The notes under the pieces: model-generated
What the model saw: the letters and a program-made list of their open reading frames with translations, nothing else
Database searches by the model: none
What the model was told of the DNA's origin: nothing
Origin: Planctomycetota bacterium
GTDB taxonomy: Bacteria > Planctomycetota > PLA2 > JAEUHO01
Reading direction: 5' to 3'
NCBI GenBank assembly: GCA_965222115.1
Contig: CBDCTJ010000007.1
Span: forward strand, 352,001-416,000
Length of the DNA stretch: 64,000 nt
In this document: one piece after another, positions 9,950 through 19,759 of the stretch
Layout: every line of letters begins with the position of its first letter
Position numbering within the stretch: position 1 is the first letter of the stretch
Position numbers and translations under genes: made by a program

Positions 9950-11509
9950 TTACATTCGTCTAAGTGCTTTCTGAGCGGCTTTGCGGACGACAGGATATGT
10001 AGAGTTAACGGACGATTTTTCGATTGGGGCACGGTATCTCACTCCGAAGGCGGGGTAATTTCCGGCTGCCTCCAATATCGCCCGCGCACAACCGACTCCG
10101 AACTCGCAATTGATAGCTCGCGTTATGGTCTCGCTGATCCCTTCGGCCTGAATCAGTATCCTCGTCAACTCGCGCCACTGATCCTTTTCTACAGTCTTTG
10201 CTTGAATTAGTATTCTCTGAAACTCGGACAGTAGAAATGGGGAGGATTTCGCTAGATTTAGATACCATTTTATAACTTCATCGTCATCCTCGAACAAGAC
10301 GGTTTTGAGCTCCGCTGACACCGCCGTTAGCATCGCTTCGCTACGCGTAGATCTATACATTAGCATCGCAATAATCACTTTGCCTTTATCAGTCTTTACT
10401 TCATGATCGCGAAGCGCTTTTAGTACTTGAGGCGACGGGTTGGATTCAAGTATTCCCGCAGCTTCCATCGAGACTGAATTTGGTCTAATACCTTTACCGT
10501 TTCGGGAAGGGCGCTCCCCTTCGTCCAGAAGCAGCACTAGGGATCTCCGAATTCTTGGAGGGACTTCTGGCAAATCCCTGAGCGAGCGTACAGCTCTTCT
10601 CCGAACAAATGGGTGCCCGCTACCAATTAGATCAAGAATGACCTTCTCAGACGCATTGGTCCAACCATGCAACTTCACGCTTAGCCTTGCGGCCTTTACT
10701 CGCCCAAGTCGAGAATTTGACTTGAGCTCTGTCCTTATCATTCGCCTAAGTGCCGGACTATCGCATGAAGCCGGAGATTCCATCCTCGCAATCGCGCCGA
10801 ACGCTACGTTTCGAATAGCAACGCAACTCGACTTGATTGCCAGTTTCATCGCATGACACTTCGTACTCGCGTCTACCTCCCACAATATTATTGAGCGTAT
10901 GACCACATCACGAAATCGGTCACTGACGAAGATAGAATCTGAACCACACGCAATTTCAGCCAGGGGCCTAATCCAACGAGCCCTTTGTTGCGAGAGAATG
11001 GAGTATGCTACGCTTCTAACGGAATTTACGCTAGAAAACAGAGCCGAGACTAGCGCAGGTGTAACAACGTCATCCGGATAACTTGACGATATGCGGGAAA
11101 GTAGTCTTTCAGCGTTCATGGCTGTCTCATCGGTGCCAATCCGTCCTGTCGAGCCCCATAGCCGTGCATCGACTGTTCGCAGATTGGGATGAGTGATACA
11201 GCTATATAGGCGAACTCGATACTCACTGAGGAGTTCGTACTCGAGGCTGCGTGCACCAGAGTCTTTTATCCAACTATTGGGACTGACACTTACGAATTCG
11301 GTCAACATCTTCATCAATGCACTTGCAGTAAACCTAGTCGAAGATTCTTCGGGCGCTGAGCGATCGAGGAGTTGAAGGCACACTTCACTTGAGGACCGAC
11401 TAGAAGTACCTTCCTTAGAAGTTGCGAAAAGAGCGATGCATGAATAGGCGAAACAGAGCGCAGCACCACCTACAATCCAACCAGTCCGGTGGCCCAGCAA
11501 AGCTTTCAT
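9950..11509 (-). CDS. HEAT-repeat-like protein, candidate immunity or partner of the RHS toxin tip
   Basis: VRSVAYSIL, VRRRAVRSL, VVRKAAQKAL HEAT-like helices; hydrophobic N-terminus; atypical lower-GC codon use; directly downstream of the RHS C-terminus. Confidence 0.6.
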   Translation of the reverse strand: MKALLGHRTGWIVGGAALCFAYSCIALFATSKEGTSSRSSSEVCLQLLDRSAPEESSTRFTASALMKMLTEFVSVSPNSWIKDSGARSLEYELLSEYRVRLYSCITHPNLRTVDARLWGSTGRIGTDETAMNAERLLSRISSSYPDDVVTPALVSALFSSVNSVRSVAYSILSQQRARWIRPLAEIACGSDSIFVSDRFRDVVIRSIILWEVDASTKCHAMKLAIKSSCVAIRNVAFGAIARMESPASCDSPALRRMIRTELKSNSRLGRVKAARLSVKLHGWTNASEKVILDLIGSGHPFVRRRAVRSLRDLPEVPPRIRRSLVLLLDEGERPSRNGKGIRPNSVSMEAAGILESNPSPQVLKALRDHEVKTDKGKVIIAMLMYRSTRSEAMLTAVSAELKTVLFEDDDEVIKWYLNLAKSSPFLLSEFQRILIQAKTVEKDQWRELTRILIQAEGISETITRAINCEFGVGCARAILEAAGNYPAFGVRYRAPIEKSSVNSTYPVVRKAAQKALRRM

Positions 11510-11552
11510 TTGTTGTCCGCCTTCATCAGTGGACCGCCAGCCCCCGTGTGTG

Positions 11553-12506
11553 TCAACTTCGAGACGAAGAGGACAAAGGAGAAGAAAATGTGAAATCTAT
11601 GGTTGGGTTAGGTTGAGACATCGTTATTTCTATCCGCCAATAATAGAAATATGAAGTCACGACTTGATGCGTGTCGAGATTTACAAGATATAACTTGAAA
11701 AAGACCTGAAGCGAATACCAATTATGACCCGACAAGTCTTTGATGCCTGTGTACTCCTCAATTTTTGCGAGCAAGATTGTAGGGTCGGCTCTCGCGCTAT
11801 TTTCGTTTTCTTGACCGACTCCCGGAAAGTCTAGCATCCCTTGCGCGTCCCCTGAAGTCCCCTGATTTCGATACCACGGATCGCCTCTCCCTTGTCCATT
11901 GTTGTCCAGTCCCCATTCGCTCATCATGTCACCGGTAACATTGCTCGGTGAGTCTCCGAACATCAGCCACCACATTCGATACTGGACCCACGCATATCTG
12001 TGCTTTCCGGAGTGTCGGGCTGAGACACGGATCTTAAAGGTGTTTGGATGATTGCGTACGATAGAACAACCATTACGGCTGTTCTTCGCTACACGAATAC
12101 CGCCGGGGTTTGTCTTAGTCAAAGGACCAGGTGGATCAGCAAATTCCTCGTCGGAATTCGGATTCGTACCGGGGACATCTCTGTCATCTGGGCCAGTAAC
12201 CGTAAGACCGCTGGGATCCCGGTGGTTAGTAGGTGCGGAGCGCACATATTGGTAAAGATTGGGCCCTTCTTTCAATCCAAGTGAATCCCGCTGAATGAAC
12301 CTACCAATTCTAGTGGAAAACGCCCTCGCCCGATACTGCCAAAGCCCCGACTCTTCATCGTACCACCGCCCCGTGTACCCAACATCCTGCCCAAGCGGAT
12401 CACTCCCTTGAGCCACGCCCCCGCGCGTAATCGTCCACTCGCCATAAGGCGTATACCGATACTCAGCAGCCTCGGTCTCGTCCTCCTCGCTAATGAACAT
12501 GACCGA
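11553..12506 (-). pseudogene. Orphan RHS repeat-associated core plus unknown C-terminal toxin domain (5'-truncated)
   Basis: YRYTPYGE, GYTGRWYDEESGLWQYRAR, GRFIQRD, NLYQYV...P...DPSGL, then about 215 aa variable tail; homology starts exactly at the inverted end near 12507. Confidence 0.88.
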
Positions 12507-12660
12507 CTGTGTCCCTCAACGAGTTTCTGTCCGGTTGAGGACCTGAAATAGGGGTTGATAACGGCCTCTCCCATTCGCTGCATAGGTGCGGCAGAAAGGG
12601 AGAGCGATGAGCGAGAAACAGAGGTCAGATCGAGGATCGTCAGGCAAGGGGCGCGACGGG
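12504..12660 (+). mobile_element. Right inverted-end copy; probable remnant of an IS left end with the start of a transposase-like ORF
   Basis: TGTGTCCCTCAACGA at 12508, second motif CGGCCTCTCCC at 12562, TTGATA, then GGGAGAG RBS and ATG (MSEKQRSDRG...) that runs into the IS110 fragment. Confidence 0.5.
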
Positions 12661-12661
12661 G

Positions 12662-13462
12662 CCCACTGGAATACTCCGATACCGACAGGCCGAGGTAGTC
12701 CATCAGTGCTCTTGGGCTCGAGAATCGTTTCACATCGATCACTTCTACGAGAAATGTCATAGCCGTAAGTGTCTTTACGCCGCGGAAACACGTGAGCCGA
12801 CCTACGGCTTCTCGGTATCGATCACTCTCGGCAACTCGCTCGATCCTGTTTTCAATCTCACTGAACTGCGAGAATTTGATCTGAAGCAGCGCGATGTGGT
12901 TGTTCAAGACGAACTGATCGTGGTGTTCAAGCTCTATGCCACGAAGCCACATCCAGAATGCGGCAGTCCAGTTCCTTTTCAATCCATACTTGAGTCCATG
13001 CCGATCGAGCAGCTTCAAAATCATCTGTTTGGACCGATGGATCTCCCGTCGAAATTGTTCACGACAACGAACCAGATTGCGGACACTTTCTTCTTCTTCG
13101 GTAGGAATGTGAATCGCCGTAAGGAGTCCCGCGCGGAGGTCAAATGCCAACCTTTCTGCATCTCGTCGATCGGTCTTCACTCGATCTCCGGGACGCTTCG
13201 GTGCAAGCGATGGCGCAATCACAACACATTGGTGGCCCCACGATTGCATGAGCCGATGCAGCACATATCCGGAACCACTAGCTTCGTAGCAGGAGATAAT
13301 CGGACCGCGTTTCGCAATCTGAGCAATAGCACGTCGCAATGGCGCGTGCTCATTGGGAACGCGGATGACGCCTTCACACGAACCCGAATCCTCCGGAAGA
13401 ATCGCAATCACCGCCTCTCTCTTATGAAGGTCGATTCCTAAGAATTGAGTAGTCTGGCTCAT
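12662..13462 (-). pseudogene. IS110-family transposase (recombinase), C-terminally truncated
   Basis: DEDD RuvC-like motifs GIDLHK, CYEASG, KTDRRDA; Transposase_20 region RFSSPRALMDYLGLSVSEYSSG, after which homology stops; the rest of the track ORF is read-through into unrelated DNA. Confidence 0.9.
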
Positions 13463-13602
13463 GGCTGGGCTCCTGTTGACGGACAAGTTCGATACTTGTT
13501 TTCGGGATAGGGTTCGACAATTCTTGCCGAATCAACCCCAGATGCCAAGGAGCTCAGCCTTTACCTCTCCAGCTGCGCTACTAGGGCACGGCCATCTTGT
13601 CT
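13463..13602 (-). ncRNA. IS110 non-coding left end, candidate bridge RNA region
   Basis: On the minus strand GGCTGAGCTCCT (13559-13548) pairs 11/12 with AGGAGCCCAGCC (13474-13463); internal hairpins TTCGGCAA/TTGTCGAA and ACAAGT/ACTTGT; IS110-group elements are known to encode bridge RNA upstream of the recombinase. Confidence 0.55.
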
Positions 13603-13700
13603 ACAGGGCGGGCCATTGAGGAGGGGACGCGAACCCAGGGTTTCGCGCCGCTGCGCTTGCGCTACACCCTGGGCTATTGACCCGTGGCCCCTAAGGGGCC
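13603..13700. repeat. REP-like extragenic palindrome
   Basis: CCCAGGG (13634-13640) and CCCTGGG (13667-13673) inverted pair; GGCCCC-TAA-GGGGCC hairpin (13686-13700); half hairpin ACAGGGCG abuts the IS110 end. Confidence 0.65.
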
Positions 13701-14084
13701 GTTGACATAGTTGTGGTGCGCAATTGGCGATAGCGATTGCTTACGTGTCGCAGTGTGACGATGCGTAGCTTCACATCAGACTCGGGAAAACTCTGGCGAA
13801 AGAACAGTTCAAGCTGCGTCCTGCCACCACATACGCACGCCTCCTCAAGATTCAGCCACCAACGCTTGCGCCTTCGTTGCTTTGTTCCTTAGCGTGCCCA
13901 TTCAAACAACGCACCGCTTGCAGCCCATTCCCCATCATCACCATGCGCATTCTGCAGCGCTTGCGCCCCTCAAATGCCGCCATGGAACGCAGCGTCCACA
14001 TACCGGGCCGCGCTTGATGGTCTTCGTGCCCTTGGTGAGAGCCTCTTCTTCAAGCGGCGCTCCACCACGGAACGCGCACGCTCC

Positions 14085-15287
14085 CTAGGAACCACCCCGC
14101 AACGCCGCATAACGCTTCACAAATTCCGGACCCAGCGCCAGAGGCGCTTCTTCGTTCGCGCCTTCTTGGAGCTCGGGGCGAATGCCGTCCACGAAGAACA
14201 TTTCCATTTCGCCTTTGCCTTTGACTTCCATACGACCACGCGGGCGACCGGTGAAGAAGGATTCGACTTGTTCCCAGGTAGCGGCACTGATGTTGATTTC
14301 GTCGGCGTCGCAGGACGATTCCATACGGCTGGCGGTGTTTACGGTGTCGCCAAAGAGGTCGTAGTTGTACTTGAAGCCTTCGCGGCCCAAGACGCCCGCG
14401 GTGACGGGCCCCGTGTGCATGCCAATACGTGTGGACCAACATAGTTCGCCACGCGCGGAACGCTCTTTGCGACGAGCGCGCATGAACTCACGAATGCGCA
14501 GGGCACCGAGTACGGCGTCCACAGCGTGGGTTCGTGTTTGCTGCGGAACGCCACCGCACGCCATATAGGCATCTCCAATGGTGTGAATCTTACGCAACTT
14601 GGGCGCGCCGCGCTCTTCATCGGGCAGCCACGAGTTCATCGACTCCAAGATGCGATCAAACTCGGAGAAACACGTGTCGAGTTCGAGCACAAGATCACCC
14701 GGGCGATCGGCCATACTGTCGGCCGACTTGGTGAACCCCATGAAATCGGTAAACATCACCGTGGCGGACGGAAAGTGAATCGGATCCGGTGAGCCGCCGT
14801 CAATGACTTGCTCGGCCACCTCTTGCGGAAAGATACTGTAAAGCACTTCTTGATAACGCCGCGTGACATGGGCTTTACGTACCGACGCGTTTACTCGCGC
14901 AATAAGCGAGGCCTCTTCCACGGGCTTTTGTAGATAGTCTTCCGCTTCGTGTTCGATGGCGCGCACAACAAAGTCCATACCCTGATGACTGCTGGCCATG
15001 ACCACCGGGATGTGGCGTATGAAGCGATACGCCTTGTCGCGCTTGATGGTTGCCAATATCTCGAAACCTTCGTTGTCGGTCACCATCGACACGTCGAGAA
15101 TGATGAGGTCGATGCGACTCCAGTCGCGTTGTTCGCACATATCGGCAAGAATCGCCAACGCTTCTTGGCCGCCCGGCGCCGCAATCACGTTGTACCCGTG
15201 GCTCTCAAGCAGTTCACCCAGCAGCTCGCGGTCCAGTTCCGAGTCGTCGACGACCAAGACCGTGGATTTCTTCTCGGCCGCACTCAT
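14085..15287 (-). CDS. Receiver domain plus class III adenylate/guanylate cyclase
   Basis: VLVVDDS...LDVSM...DYLQKP; [54 protein letters not shown]. Confidence 0.93.
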   Translation of the reverse strand: MSAAEKKSTVLVVDDSELDRELLGELLESHGYNVIAAPGGQEALAILADMCEQRDWSRIDLIILDVSMVTDNEGFEILATIKRDKAYRFIRHIPVVMASSHQGMDFVVRAIEHEAEDYLQKPVEEASLIARVNASVRKAHVTRRYQEVLYSIFPQEVAEQVIDGGSPDPIHFPSATVMFTDFMGFTKSADSMADRPGDLVLELDTCFSEFDRILESMNSWLPDEERGAPKLRKIHTIGDAYMACGGVPQQTRTHAVDAVLGALRIREFMRARRKERSARGELCWSTRIGMHTGPVTAGVLGREGFKYNYDLFGDTVNTASRMESSCDADEINISAATWEQVESFFTGRPRGRMEVKGKGEMEMFFVDGIRPELQEGANEEAPLALGPEFVKRYAALRGGS

Positions 15288-15694
15288 GAGGCCCCCTCAC
15301 GTGACTCAGCATCTTGCGCCGCGAAACGCGCTTCAATCTTTTCAATCAATCGGTCGCCATCCACGGGTTTGATTTCATAGTCGTCGCATCCGCTTTCAAA
15401 AGCCGCGGTGCGGTCAACATCGCGCGCACCGGTCGTCAAGATGATGATGGGAATGTTGCTTGTGGCGGGGCTCGTCTTGAGTATGCGCGTGGCTTCATTG
15501 CCATCCATGATGGGCATGCGCACATCCATGAGAATCAAGTCGGGCGGATCTTCGGTGGCCATCGTGACGGCTTCTTGCCCATTGACCGCCTGCGTCACGT
15601 CGTAGTCAAAGAGTTCCAGGTACTCCGACATCAACGAACGCTGGTCGGGATCGTCATCGGCCACGAGAATGCGGCGAGGCGTATCGTCACTCAC
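15284..15694 (-). CDS. Single-domain response regulator (DivK/CheY-like)
   Basis: [29 protein letters not shown]; overlaps both neighbours by 4 nt. Confidence 0.92.
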   Translation of the reverse strand: MSDDTPRRILVADDDPDQRSLMSEYLELFDYDVTQAVNGQEAVTMATEDPPDLILMDVRMPIMDGNEATRILKTSPATSNIPIIILTTGARDVDRTAAFESGCDDYEIKPVDGDRLIEKIEARFAAQDAESREGAS

Positions 15695-18600
15695 GCGCCG
15701 GCCTCCTCATGCCGCCGATAGTAACCACCGAGCGCCACGCGCACGGCGTCCATGAGATCGGCAGCCTCGGCAAGCTCCTTTTTCAAGACACGGGTAACGC
15801 GACGCTGCAAGCGCTCGATGTCGGCTTCAACCAAGTCCAATCCTGTCACGACAAGCACCGGAATCTCACGCCACGAAGGATTCTCACCAAACGCGTCCAG
15901 GAATTCGTAGCCGTTCATTTCGGGCATTTCAATATCAAGAATAATGAGCGCGGCGGGGCTTTCATGCAACCGCGCCAAAGCATCCTTTCCGTTGACCGCT
16001 TCGCGCACGCGGTACCCGGCAGTTTCTACAGCCTCGCGGAAGGACGCTCGGATGGACGCGTCGTCGTCTACGATCAAAATGTCGTGGACCGCGGCTTCGG
16101 CGCAGTGCTTTCGGACCGCGGCAATCAGCGCTTCGGTATCAAATGGCTTGGTGATGTAGTCGATGGCGCCGAGCTCATACCCCCGACGTCGATCCTCAAT
16201 GATGGACAAGAGAATGGTGGGAATGCCAGCCAAGTCGGGACGCTGCTTGATCTGACGTAGGAACTCCCAGCCATCCATGCCGCGCATCACAATGTCGAGC
16301 GTGATCACGTGCGGGCGAATCTTCTCGGCAAGACGCAACCCCTCTTCACCCGTTTCAGCAGTCTCAACGTGAATGCCTTCTTGTTCCAACGACTCGCGAA
16401 TGAGTGCGCGTAGACGAGGATCGTCATCCACCACCAGCACGGTGTAGCTACCGGCTGATTCGGAAGGGTTCGCGTCGGTGGATGCAATCACGGGCACCGC
16501 AACGTCGGTCGAAGGCGCGGTTGCCTGTTCGGTAGCGGTTGGCAAACGAACCACGAAGGCGGAGCCTTCCCCGACTTCGCTTTCTGCGTGGATGCTGCCG
16601 TTCATGGCAATGCAGAGGCGCTGCGTAATTGCCAGCCCCAACCCCGCGCCGCCAAACTTCTTACGATTCTCGCGGTCTTCCTTGGTTTGACCGTAGGCCT
16701 GGAACAGACCAGCGAGCTGATCGCCTGTCATACCCTTGCCCGAGTCTTCCACACGGAACTCAATCTCGCCATCCGAAGCCGAACGATCCACAACGCGCAC
16801 GCGAATCTCGCCGTTCTCGGTGAACTTCTCGGCATTGGTCAGGAGGTTGACCAATACGCGTACAAGATGATCCTTTACGGCAAATACGGGTGCTGCCGTA
16901 TCGGGTAACGCCACGCTTAACGTGTTGCCCTGCGCGGTCGTCAAGTCTTCACTCATCGCCGCAGCGCGCACCGCTTCGTGCACCACCTTGAGCGTGTCGA
17001 GCGGCACGAAGTTGCGATCCAACTTGCCCGCTTCAATGCGCGACAAGTCCAAAATCGCCGTAAGCAACCGGCCCTGATGATCGACAGCACCGCGTATCAT
17101 CTCGCATTTGTCGATGACCTGTTCAGGGGTATAGGTCTTGGCTTTTTTGATGAGCAGGGAGGCGGCCATTTTCATGGGCACGAGCGGCGCGCGAAGATCG
17201 TGCCCCATCTCCGCCACGTAATCTTTCATGGCACGGTTCGCGGTTACTGCGCGCTCATGGGCCTCACGCGCCTGGGCGGCCGAGCGCAACAGCTCTTCTT
17301 CCGTTGCCTTTTGCCTCGAAATGTCTCGCACCACGCCTGCATAAATGCGCCCTTCGGGAAGCACGACTTGACGAATGCCCAGCATGACCGGAAACACTTT
17401 GCCGCGTGCCGTCTTACCGCGAAGCTCCACGGCCTTACCCGACTTGGCGGCCTCTTCGACAAATTGCGGCAACTCGTTTTCAAGTTCCGGCAGCGCACCC
17501 TCAAAGATGAAGTCACCTACATAGCGTCCAGACGCTTCACCGCTACTTAGGCCAAACATGCGTTCGGCGGCCAGGTTGATGGACTCCACCCGGCCGTCGG
17601 GAAGAATGGTGATGACACCATCAAACACCGCATTTCGAATCGTACGTCCGCGCGCCACGAGCGCTTGTTGCGACGTTTGAATGCGCGACATCATTTGGTC
17701 GAGCGACTGTGCAAGCTTTCCGATCTCGGCGCCGGCGCCCACGGGCAATGCTTGACGTGTACCGTCTTCACTAAACGTAGCCGTGGCTTCCGTCATCTGC
17801 TCCACGGGTCGAATCAATTTACGCGACAACCAATAGAGCAACCCTGCGATAAGCGCCGACAAGAGACCCAACCCGAATGCCGTAACGAGCAACCGCCGAC
17901 CCAAATCGGCCAATGGCTTGGCCTCGGCACCGGCCAAGCCAACCCCCATAAATCGCGCTGCGGTGCTCTCGCGTGAGTCGTGCATGGGCACGGCTTGCAT
18001 GTACACCTGCTTGTCCGACTCGGGAATCCGCAACACCAGCGGCCCCGCCAGGCGTCGCGTCGGATCTTTGAAGTAGTGACCAATGGCCTTGCGCTGTGGA
18101 TCTTCCCAGGGCCGATCATTGAGCAACGTCAAATGGGCGTGCTCACCTTCTGCGCGTTCGAAACCGAACTCTCGGCTGGCATCGGGATGGGCCAGGAAGT
18201 ACCCGCGATCGTCCACAATGTAGAGTTCGTGCCCCGCGCGCTTGGCCTCCTCACGAATGCGAGCCCGCATGGGTTCGAACAAAACATTGATAATGACAAT
18301 GCCAAACAGGGCGCCGTAGGCGTTGTATACACGACCGGCTGCACGAATTACGGGCGGGCCCCGCTTGTTGTTGTCGACGTTGAGTTCAATGCGAGAGAGG
18401 TAGTACTCCTCGCCGTAGGGCTCCAAGGAATCGAAATCGACGATTTCGCGGAAGTACTCTCGATCGCCTTTTTGCGGCAACTCTGAATGGACAATACGGG
18501 GGGGACCCATCGTGCCGTCTTCGAGCGTCGGTCGCTCAACGCGAACAAGTTCTTGACCGCCCTCGGTAGAGAGAATGTAGCGGATCTGCAAATAGTCCTT

Positions 18601-18936
18601 GCGCGACGTGAGCAGTTGAAAAAACTCGCTCTGAATGTCTTGCAACTCGTCTTGGTAGGCGGGCGCGCCGGTTGTCTTTTCATCGCGCCGCGCGTAGAGC
18701 TCGCACAGTCCATTGACGGCACTGCTATTGGCCAAGACTTCGACGTCACCCCGCAACACGCCCATTTCGAACTGAAGACGGTCGCGCACCGCGGTGCATT
18801 CACGACCGAGCACCGTGTCGGCGCGGGCGCGAAGCTTCTTTACGCTTCCGCGAAGGACAAACAACGCCGTGAGCACGAGTCCAGCAAGCACCAGCACGGC
18901 AAGCGTACCCAGGCGTGCAATTGTACCAATGCGCAT
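15691..18936 (-). CDS. Hybrid sensor histidine kinase (Cache-like, HAMP, PAS, HisKA/HATPase, two receivers)
   Basis: Two TMs; [12 protein letters not shown]; MGHDLRAPL; [10 protein letters not shown]; GAGLGL; two REC domains (TLDIVM, ILDIEM). Confidence 0.93.
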   Translation of the reverse strand: MRIGTIARLGTLAVLVLAGLVLTALFVLRGSVKKLRARADTVLGRECTAVRDRLQFEMGVLRGDVEVLANSSAVNGLCELYARRDEKTTGAPAYQDELQDIQSEFFQLLTSRKDYLQIRYILSTEGGQELVRVERPTLEDGTMGPPRIVHSELPQKGDREYFREIVDFDSLEPYGEEYYLSRIELNVDNNKRGPPVIRAAGRVYNAYGALFGIVIINVLFEPMRARIREEAKRAGHELYIVDDRGYFLAHPDASREFGFERAEGEHAHLTLLNDRPWEDPQRKAIGHYFKDPTRRLAGPLVLRIPESDKQVYMQAVPMHDSRESTAARFMGVGLAGAEAKPLADLGRRLLVTAFGLGLLSALIAGLLYWLSRKLIRPVEQMTEATATFSEDGTRQALPVGAGAEIGKLAQSLDQMMSRIQTSQQALVARGRTIRNAVFDGVITILPDGRVESINLAAERMFGLSSGEASGRYVGDFIFEGALPELENELPQFVEEAAKSGKAVELRGKTARGKVFPVMLGIRQVVLPEGRIYAGVVRDISRQKATEEELLRSAAQAREAHERAVTANRAMKDYVAEMGHDLRAPLVPMKMAASLLIKKAKTYTPEQVIDKCEMIRGAVDHQGRLLTAILDLSRIEAGKLDRNFVPLDTLKVVHEAVRAAAMSEDLTTAQGNTLSVALPDTAAPVFAVKDHLVRVLVNLLTNAEKFTENGEIRVRVVDRSASDGEIEFRVEDSGKGMTGDQLAGLFQAYGQTKEDRENRKKFGGAGLGLAITQRLCIAMNGSIHAESEVGEGSAFVVRLPTATEQATAPSTDVAVPVIASTDANPSESAGSYTVLVVDDDPRLRALIRESLEQEGIHVETAETGEEGLRLAEKIRPHVITLDIVMRGMDGWEFLRQIKQRPDLAGIPTILLSIIEDRRRGYELGAIDYITKPFDTEALIAAVRKHCAEAAVHDILIVDDDASIRASFREAVETAGYRVREAVNGKDALARLHESPAALIILDIEMPEMNGYEFLDAFGENPSWREIPVLVVTGLDLVEADIERLQRRVTRVLKKELAEAADLMDAVRVALGGYYRRHEEAGA

Positions 18937-18972
18937 ACGTTCGTAAGTCCGTCCGGCCTTGTGGCGAAGCGG

Positions 18973-19482
18973 TTAGCGAGACCCGGTGCCGTTTGCGGCG
19001 GGCTCCTTCTTTGCGTTTTTGCCGGTGTAGGCCGCATGGAAATCGCGTATGGCCGTGTCCAACGTCTTGGCTTGCGTTGCGTCCACTGTTTGCTTGCACT
19101 TCATGGCCGCAACCAATACGCGGTGTGCCTTTGTGAGCTTGTCCACATACTGCGCTTGCGCATTGGCATCACCCGAAGCGGGCGCCTTAATGCGTTGCGT
19201 CATGAAGTAGCGCGCAATCGTGTCTTGAATGTCTTGCGCGTGCTTTTCTTTGGTCGTGATCCAACGCACGGTTTGATTCTTCGCCTGCGGCTCGGGCTTG
19301 CCACACATTTGGATGATTTTGTTCATCGCCTTCGTGATCGTGGCAGTGTCTTCGATCATGCGCTCAAATCGCAGTTGGTCGCCGTAGATGCCGCAAGGCA
19401 CTTCGCAATGCGCACCGGCACGGGTGCCAATCATGGGCAAGGCGAGCCCCACCACAAACAAGACCATAACGACACGACGCAT
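18973..19482 (-). CDS. sodN: Nickel superoxide dismutase precursor
   Basis: Ni-hook HCEVPCGIY directly after signal peptide AGA; RWITTKEKHA, YFMTQR, AMKCKQ. Confidence 0.93.
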   Translation of the reverse strand: MRRVVMVLFVVGLALPMIGTRAGAHCEVPCGIYGDQLRFERMIEDTATITKAMNKIIQMCGKPEPQAKNQTVRWITTKEKHAQDIQDTIARYFMTQRIKAPASGDANAQAQYVDKLTKAHRVLVAAMKCKQTVDATQAKTLDTAIRDFHAAYTGKNAKKEPAANGTGSR

Positions 19483-19759
19483 AGAAAGACCTCCGAACGG
19501 CACTCTGCCGCCCCTGATTATGCCTGAACGGGGCGCGACTACGAACACCGTCCTGACGACGTTTATGTTCACCCGAGACGACGCGATTTGGGACGAGTTT
19601 GTGCGCGGGGCAACGCGTTTGGATGCCGCGCCTAACAGTACCCATGCGAATCTTCATTATTGCCCTCTCCGCCTTGTGGGCTCCCCCAAACAGCGCCGAT
19701 TTCGTGCTTGTGGGCCTCGCGGGACACCACACGTCACGTCCAAACCACTAGGAGTTCGC

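Noticed and set aside
12272-13486. Full-length 404-aa IS110 transposase as in the ORF track
   Set aside because: Homology ends at SEYSSG (about 12662); the remainder is read-through across the IS-end remnant and out-of-frame RHS
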